A program made the position numbers and the translations under genes. Below the pieces are notes generated by a model that saw nothing but the letters and a program-made list of their open reading frames with translations, was not told where the DNA came from and did no database searches. From the NCBI GenBank assembly GCA_009924095.1, contig RFSG01000003.1, positions 1-58,483 on the forward strand: a stretch of 58,483 nt of DNA. The letters are read 5' to 3'. Below are positions 52,367 through 58,483 of this stretch, piece by piece; the stretch's first letter is position 1, and each line of letters opens with the position of its first letter. This DNA comes from Sphingobacteriia bacterium (lineage in GTDB: Bacteria > Bacteroidota > Bacteroidia > J057 > RFSG01).

Positions 52367-54502
52367 ATGAAGAAAAAAAATACAAAACCAACACCAGCCC
52401 CTACTCCTACTCCTCCACCGGCTGCAAGAATTCCTGAAAAAGAAAATCCTAAAACATTCTGGACATGGATTATTGGCCTTCTCTTAATTACTATATTTAT
52501 TTACTTTCCAGCCCTTACCCATGAATTAGTGAATTGGGATGATGATTCCTATATCATTCAAAATACCTTAATTCAAAGTTTTTCCCTCGAGGCAATTATT
52601 CATTTATTTTCCTCCTTTTATACCGGAAATTATCACCCGATAACCTTATTGACGTATGCTATCGAATATCAACTCGTACAGGCAGAACCGTTATTATATC
52701 ATTTAGATAATCTATTGCTGCATTTAGGAAATACTTTATTAGTATTTTTTTTCTTCCGCCGATTTACTCAAAATATTACCATTGGAGGTATTACTGCATT
52801 ATTATTCACCATACACCCGCTGCATGTAGAATCAGTTGCTTGGGCTGCTGAACGGAAAGATGTACTCTATACCTTCTTCTTCCTGGGAGCTATGTATTTT
52901 TATGAGCGTTGGCAAGAAAATCGTAAACCCATTTATTATAGTGCTATTCTACTTTGTTTTTTATTATCCTGCCTTTCTAAAGGAATGGCAGTGGTATTAC
53001 CCGCTGCTTTAGTAACCTTAGATTTCTTAAAGGGTAGAAACATTCTTAATTTAAAAACCTTAATTATTGATAAAGCCCCAATATGGCTGATGGCACTTGC
53101 GTTTGGTATCATTGCCATTATTGCCCAAGAAAAAGCCATAAGGGATGAAAAAATATTTTCCCACCTCGACAATATATTTATCGGTGGATATGGATATCTA
53201 CAATATTTATGGAAAACAGTAGTACCCATTCAATTATCTTGCTTTTATCCTTATCCTCAAAAAACCCAAGGTCTAATGCCTTGGTATTATTATGCCTCTA
53301 TTCTTTCTATTCCTCTTACCGCAGGTATTGCTTGGAAATTACGTAAAACCCATTCCTGGATTACCGGAGGATGGTTATTCTTTTTAGTAACCATCGTTAT
53401 GGTTTTGCAATTTTTACCAGTAGGTGCTGCTGTATATGCTGACCGTTATTATTATTTAGCTTCTGTTGGATTATTTTATATCGTTGCTGAAGCATTTACC
53501 AGAATCCCTAATTCTAAAACCCAATTATATTCCATCGCAGGAATTTTAATTGTAATAGCATATTCAGGTTTATCTTTTCAACGTGTGAAAGTTTGGGAAA
53601 ATAGCTTAACGCTTTTTTCAAATGTGATTGATCAATATCCCAATGCAAGCTTTGCATATAATAATATTGGCACTTATTATCAAAATAAAAAAGAACCTGA
53701 AAAATCAATTTCTTGGTATGAAAAATGTACCCAGTCGAATCCTCAATATGATCTCGGATTTATAAATTTAACCATTGCCTATAATGCGATTAAAAATTTC
53801 GATAAAGCAGTACTTTCCGGACGAAGAGGGGTTGAATTAAATCCCAACTCTTATGATGGCTGGGCTTCTCTTGCTTTTGCTTATGACAATTTAAAAGATT
53901 ACGCGCAGGCCGCAAAAGCGTATGAAGCCGCGCATCGCCTCAAACCCGAAGATGAGATTATTCGATTAAATATGGCGAATGCTTGGAGAAATGCAGGACA
54001 ATTTGAACCCGCATTACAATTATATCAACAAATGCTAAAAGAAAAAGCCGACCAACCGGATGTATTAAATAATTTAGGGTACACCCTCGCACAATTAAAA
54101 CGGTTTGAAGAAGCTGAACAATTATTATTAAAAGCCCAAGCTATTAAACCTGATTTAATTCCGATCTATAATAATTTAGGATATACTTATGCCATGCAAG
54201 GACGGTTTGCTGATGCCATAAAAATTATGGAAAAAGCAATTGAAATAAATCCGAAAAATCCAGAATCCTATAATAATTTAGGAAATGCGTATGGAATGCA
54301 AGGCAATAATGATTTGGCGATTAAATATTTTGAACTTTCTTTAGCAGCCGATCCTAAATTTTCGGATGCCCAAAATAATTTAGGAATTGCTTATCTTAAT
54401 GTAAAAAATAATGATAAAGCAGTTTATCATTTTAGAGAAGCCGCTAAACTTGGAAATCCTAATGCTCGGCAGTTTCTGAAAAATCAAAACATTAATTGGT
54501 AA
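52367..54502 (+). CDS. Second TMTC-like GT-C-fold membrane protein with about eight C-terminal TPRs (tandem paralogue)
   Basis: Has the same motifs as its neighbour: LVNWDDDSYIIQN, GNYHPIT, HPLHVESVAWAAERKDVLYT. The TPR block and the C-terminal ending AKLGNPNARQFLKNQNINW parallel ARLGHEGAQQLLKQNGFSW in the neighbour. Confidence 0.8.
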   Translation: MKKKNTKPTPAPTPTPPPAARIPEKENPKTFWTWIIGLLLITIFIYFPALTHELVNWDDDSYIIQNTLIQSFSLEAIIHLFSSFYTGNYHPITLLTYAIEYQLVQAEPLLYHLDNLLLHLGNTLLVFFFFRRFTQNITIGGITALLFTIHPLHVESVAWAAERKDVLYTFFFLGAMYFYERWQENRKPIYYSAILLCFLLSCLSKGMAVVLPAALVTLDFLKGRNILNLKTLIIDKAPIWLMALAFGIIAIIAQEKAIRDEKIFSHLDNIFIGGYGYLQYLWKTVVPIQLSCFYPYPQKTQGLMPWYYYASILSIPLTAGIAWKLRKTHSWITGGWLFFLVTIVMVLQFLPVGAAVYADRYYYLASVGLFYIVAEAFTRIPNSKTQLYSIAGILIVIAYSGLSFQRVKVWENSLTLFSNVIDQYPNASFAYNNIGTYYQNKKEPEKSISWYEKCTQSNPQYDLGFINLTIAYNAIKNFDKAVLSGRRGVELNPNSYDGWASLAFAYDNLKDYAQAAKAYEAAHRLKPEDEIIRLNMANAWRNAGQFEPALQLYQQMLKEKADQPDVLNNLGYTLAQLKRFEEAEQLLLKAQAIKPDLIPIYNNLGYTYAMQGRFADAIKIMEKAIEINPKNPESYNNLGNAYGMQGNNDLAIKYFELSLAADPKFSDAQNNLGIAYLNVKNNDKAVYHFREAAKLGNPNARQFLKNQNINW

Positions 54503-54528
54503 CAGGTTTCGCAAAACCTTAGTATTTT
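54503..54528 (+). terminator. Weak candidate terminator hairpin
   Basis: AGGTTT-cgca-AAACCT (54504-54519) directly after the stop, followed by tagTATTTTcg. The stem is short and the T-run is interrupted. Confidence 0.35.
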
Positions 54529-54582
54529 CGTTACCACAGTATTATGAAATGATTAACTTAGTGAATCTTTGACAATCCCCCT

Positions 54583-56061
54583 ATGAAAATACATCCGATG
54601 TTCAGAATTAAAACCTTTAGTCAGCTCGTATCAGAGGCTGATGATAGTGAAAAAGGACTTCATAGAACGCTCACTTCACGTGGCCTGATTGGGCTGGGAA
54701 TAGGCGCTATTATTGGGGCAGGATTATTTTCATTAACGGGTATAGCAGCTGCTGAAAATGCAGGCCCTGCAGTTACCATCTCCTTTTTAATTGCAGCAAT
54801 TGGCTGTGGTTTTGCAGGATTATGTTATGCAGAATTTGCGGCCATGATCCCCATCGCCGGAAGTGCATACACATACGCTTACGCAACCATGGGCGAACTC
54901 CTCGCCTGGATTATCGGTTGGGACTTAGTGCTGGAATATGCCTTAGGCGCAGCAACGGTATCCGTAAGCTGGTCAAGATATCTCGCTGAATTTTTATTAA
55001 AACATAATATTAATCCTCCCTTAGAATTTTTCTGTTCCCCCTGGGAAAAATTATCTCTACTCAATAATACCATTATTGTGGATGGAGGTATTATTAATCT
55101 ACCTGCGATTTTAGTCATCTTCGTGCTTTCTTATGTATTAATGCGGGGTACCAAAGAATCTGCCAGCATGAATAGCTTACTCGTGATACTAAAAGTTGCG
55201 GTAGTTCTGGTATTTATTGCCGTTGGATTTGGATATACCGACGCAGCCAATTATACGCCTTATATCCCTGAAAATACTGGTGTCATTGGAGAATTTGGAT
55301 GGAGCGGAATATTACGCGGAGCAGCGGTTGTGTTTTTTGCCTTCATCGGATTTGATGCCGTTTCTACCGCTGCACAAGAAGCAAAACAACCCCAAAAATC
55401 AATGCCCATCGGCATTTTGGGTTCCCTGGCAATTTGTACTCTTTTGTATATTTTGTTTGCCCACGTATTAACCGGATTAGTGAATTATAAAGACTTTATA
55501 GGAGATGCAAAACCCGTAGCGACAGCAATTGGCAAAACCCCGTATGCATGGCTTCAAGATACAATCATCATTGCAATTCTTGCAGGATATACCTCTGTGA
55601 TGTTAGTCATGTTAATGGGTCAATCCCGCGTATTCTTTTCCATGTCGAGAGATGGATTATTACCCTCTGTATTTAGTAAAATTCATCCTAAATTCAGAAC
55701 CCCCTGGATTACTAATTTATTCTTTGCTGGATTCGTAAGCCTTTTCTCAGGGTTTGTACCTGTAAGCGATTTAGGACACATGGTAAGTATCGGTACTTTA
55801 TTCGCCTTCGTTTTGGTGTGTATTGGAATATTGGTATTGCGTAAAACACAGCCGAATTTACCGAGACCTTTTAAAACTCCCTGGCTTCCTTGGGTGCCTA
55901 TTTTAGGTATAGTGGTTTGTTTGTTTATGATGTTATCCTTGCCCGGTGAGACCTGGATCCGGCTGGCAGTTTGGATGGGATTAGGGATGGCAGTGTACTT
56001 TGGCTATGGAATTAAAAATAGCCAAATGCAAAAAAAAAGTCAGGATAAACTAATAGATTAG
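54583..56061 (+). CDS. APC-superfamily amino acid permease (cationic amino-acid transporter-like)
   Basis: 12+ TM helices. The N-terminal LHRTLTSRGLIGLGIGAIIGAGLFSLTG and AGSAYTYAY motifs are typical of AA_permease_2. Confidence 0.9.
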   Translation: MKIHPMFRIKTFSQLVSEADDSEKGLHRTLTSRGLIGLGIGAIIGAGLFSLTGIAAAENAGPAVTISFLIAAIGCGFAGLCYAEFAAMIPIAGSAYTYAYATMGELLAWIIGWDLVLEYALGAATVSVSWSRYLAEFLLKHNINPPLEFFCSPWEKLSLLNNTIIVDGGIINLPAILVIFVLSYVLMRGTKESASMNSLLVILKVAVVLVFIAVGFGYTDAANYTPYIPENTGVIGEFGWSGILRGAAVVFFAFIGFDAVSTAAQEAKQPQKSMPIGILGSLAICTLLYILFAHVLTGLVNYKDFIGDAKPVATAIGKTPYAWLQDTIIIAILAGYTSVMLVMLMGQSRVFFSMSRDGLLPSVFSKIHPKFRTPWITNLFFAGFVSLFSGFVPVSDLGHMVSIGTLFAFVLVCIGILVLRKTQPNLPRPFKTPWLPWVPILGIVVCLFMMLSLPGETWIRLAVWMGLGMAVYFGYGIKNSQMQKKSQDKLID

Positions 56062-56200
56062 TATTTTCTGAATTATTCAGATTATTATCTATTGAGATAT
56101 CAATAGGCTAGAATTACCATTTCCTGCTAATCATAAAAGTATTTACCTTTTTTTGAATGATTAAGGACTTTTTCGGGATATTTTATGTTAAAGAACGCAT

Positions 56201-58483
56201 ATGGCATCCTGGTTAATTCGTAGACGCATCCCTGCGCTCATTCTGTTTATTTTCATGACCCTGTTTCTGGGTATCGGAATATTTAATATCAGGATAGATT
56301 ATGATTATGAAAGATTCTTTCCGCAGGGAGATGAAGACGTAGATTTTTTTAAGAAATTTCAATCCTACTTTCCCCAAAATGATGAGGTGTTATATATTGC
56401 ATTAGGCCCTAAACAAGGACCCATATGGCAAGATACTTTTTTGGTGCAGGCACAAGAATTAACCGAAGAATTACAAGCCTTCCCTCATGTAGATTCTGTC
56501 TCTTCCCTACTTCAACTACAATTACCCAAAAGAACTGGAATATCTATTCGACAAATTCCTGTGTTAAAAAATTATTCGCGCAAAGAATTATTAAATGCGC
56601 GAAAAACATTAGCAGGTGAACCCATCTTAAAACAAAGCCTCGTAAGTAAAAATGAAAGATTTATAGGCATATTTGTTATGTTGGATCCACAAGTGCAAAA
56701 AAGTGGAGCTCCCGATAGTTTATATGCAGCTATTGAAGATAAATTAAAATCCTCCGGATTAACCTATGTAATTTCTGGTATTCCAGGAATTCGTACCCAA
56801 TATATTCGAAAAGTAGGAACAGAATTAGTTGTATTTACCGGATTATCCATTTTATTAATTCTATTTTTTTTATGGGTATCCTTCCGCACCTGGTGGGGAA
56901 TGGTAGTACCCTTAGCGGGAGTTATATTTCCGGTAATATGGTTAATCGGATTAATGGGTTGGTTAAATGTACCCTTAGATATTACAACTGCATTATTACC
57001 CACTATATTATTTATCGCTGGGATATCAGATATAGTGCATATTACCAGTCATTTTTTATCTGCCTATCGAAAAGGATATGGTCGTAGAAAAGCATTATTA
57101 ATCACCTTTAAAGAAATGGGCACTGCCACGTTTCTGGCAAATTTCGCCAGTGCCGTTAGTTTAATTTCGTTGGTATTAACGGAATTTGAACCCCTTCAAC
57201 AATTTGGATTATTTGCTGCCATTGGGGTAATGATTACCTATTTAATTGCATTTATGATTTTACCGGGATTATTATATTATCTCCCAGAAAAAGAATTAAA
57301 AAAATCAGTTGAGAAAAAATTATTAAAAGTAAATTGGGAACGCAGTATGTTATCCATTGCTAAATTTAATCAGAAAAACAGATGGGGAATATTATCCGTA
57401 ACCACCGTAATTATTATAGCCTCTATTTGGGGAATTACGTTAATTAGTACGAATGTTCGATTATTAGATGAAGTAGGAGAAGATGACCCCATTCGTAAAC
57501 AAGTACAGTTTTTTGAAGAACAATTGGTAGGGGTAAGAAATCTGGAAGTTGCCATTACCCCTAAATCAGGGCATCATGCTAGTGATCCAAATATATTAAA
57601 GGAAATTGATGCAATGGAACGGTGGATTGAAAAAGAACCGGAATGTGAAGCTACTTTTTCCTTGGCGAGTGTATATCGAAAAGCTAACCAAATTTATCAT
57701 TTTGGTAGAAAAGAATATAATGAATTACCCAAAGATTCCACTTTGCAGGAAGAAATAAAACTAGCAGCAGGTTCCCAGGGAGCTATGTCCTATTTGGTGA
57801 CGCCAGATGATAGACTAACCCGAATTACTGCACGTATGCCCGATTTAGGTAGTGAAAAAATGAATGAATTTGCCAATAGATTAAAATTATATATTCAACA
57901 TAATCGGGATACTTCCTTGTTTGAATACCGTCTTACTGGAACAGCTTTGTTAGTAGAAAAAAACAATGCATTTCTTACCTCCGGATTAAAAACCGAATTA
58001 GGGTTTTCGATTTTAATTATTGTGGCTACTTTACTACTATTATTTAGAAATCCTCGGATGTTGCTGGCTGCGGTAATTCCAAATTTATTACCGGTAATTA
58101 TTTTATTAGGCATTATGGGATTTGCAGGTATCTCCTTAAAAGCCTCCACAGTAATTGTGATTTCTCTTTGTTTCGGAATTGCTTTTGATGATACGATCCA
58201 TTTCTTAGCGAGGATGAAAATAGAAATTGGAAAAGGAGCTTTAGCTCGGCTTACCATTCGGCAATTATTAACCCGAACCTTGGTGGAATGTGGGGAAGGT
58301 ATTGTACTCACTTCCGCTGCGATGTGTTGTGGATTTTTATTGTTGATTTTCTCCGAATTTAATGGAACCTTCTACGTAGGCTTATTCTCCAGCTTAACTT
58401 TAATCATTGCTGTATTGAGTGAATTATTCTTACATCCGGTATTACAAGAATTTCTCTTACGAAAAAATAGAGCGAATGAATTG
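56201..58483 (+). CDS. MMPL/RND-superfamily transporter (partial, continues past the 3' edge)
   Basis: This ORF is not in the supplied track because no stop occurs before the window end. My translation from ATG 56201 (MASWLIRRRIPALILFIFMTLFLGIGIF...) stays open for 761 codons. It shows two 5-6-TM bundles separated by a soluble loop and an RND-type GIAFDDTIHFLAR motif. Confidence 0.85.
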   Translation, partial: MASWLIRRRIPALILFIFMTLFLGIGIFNIRIDYDYERFFPQGDEDVDFFKKFQSYFPQNDEVLYIALGPKQGPIWQDTFLVQAQELTEELQAFPHVDSVSSLLQLQLPKRTGISIRQIPVLKNYSRKELLNARKTLAGEPILKQSLVSKNERFIGIFVMLDPQVQKSGAPDSLYAAIEDKLKSSGLTYVISGIPGIRTQYIRKVGTELVVFTGLSILLILFFLWVSFRTWWGMVVPLAGVIFPVIWLIGLMGWLNVPLDITTALLPTILFIAGISDIVHITSHFLSAYRKGYGRRKALLITFKEMGTATFLANFASAVSLISLVLTEFEPLQQFGLFAAIGVMITYLIAFMILPGLLYYLPEKELKKSVEKKLLKVNWERSMLSIAKFNQKNRWGILSVTTVIIIASIWGITLISTNVRLLDEVGEDDPIRKQVQFFEEQLVGVRNLEVAITPKSGHHASDPNILKEIDAMERWIEKEPECEATFSLASVYRKANQIYHFGRKEYNELPKDSTLQEEIKLAAGSQGAMSYLVTPDDRLTRITARMPDLGSEKMNEFANRLKLYIQHNRDTSLFEYRLTGTALLVEKNNAFLTSGLKTELGFSILIIVATLLLLFRNPRMLLAAVIPNLLPVIILLGIMGFAGISLKASTVIVISLCFGIAFDDTIHFLARMKIEIGKGALARLTIRQLLTRTLVECGEGIVLTSAAMCCGFLLLIFSEFNGTFYVGLFSSLTLIIAVLSELFLHPVLQEFLLRKNRANEL

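Noticed and set aside
56067-56106. Considered the two small hairpins after the permease gene (TCTGAattatTCAGA; CTATTGagatatCAATAG) as terminators
   Set aside because: The stems are short and AT-rich, and no T-run follows. That is too weak to report as features.

Overview
This 58.5-kb chromosomal segment looks like Bacteroidota. Supporting this: a fused lpxC/fabZ inside an lpxD-lpxC/fabZ-lpxA cluster, three proteins with T9SS C-terminal sorting domains, SprB-type repeats, and a CarboxypepD_reg-type TonB-dependent receptor. Most of the window is housekeeping: eno, an ftsB-like gene, carA, a nuoE-like gene, the lpx genes, pcm, rarA, rpmB, engB, rpe, apt and an acyl-CoA dehydrogenase. There are also transporters, namely an APC permease and an MMPL/RND gene that runs off the 3' edge. 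I recognised no rRNA, tRNA, CRISPR array, integrase or transposase. Two giant repeat-built T9SS cargo proteins (about 2.6k and 1.3k aa) occupy roughly 12 kb. Five points stand out. (i) At 49.2-54.5 kb, a SiaB-like kinase and a SiaC-like (DUF1987) partner-switch pair head an operon with two tandem TMTC-like GT-C+TPR membrane proteins. This is my best candidate for an undescribed regulatory/glycosylation module. (ii) At 14.8-18.4 kb there is an insert-like stretch. It holds an 85-nt near-perfect hairpin, a DUF4160/DUF2442 pair, 44-bp phased direct repeats, and a three-gene cassette ending in a PG_binding_1-M15 endolysin-like peptidase that lacks a signal peptide. (iii) A secreted M24 'aminopeptidase P' homologue has three of its five metal ligands replaced and a fourth conservatively changed. 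(iv) A DUF2805 / photolyase-FAD-domain / flavin-reductase cluster. (v) Five disrupted reading frames (K+ channel, the 443-850 ORF, DUF4160, pcm, rarA), which may be sequencing indels rather than biology. None of these can be declared a novel system from sequence alone. All functional calls come from motif recognition by eye, and no database search was run.
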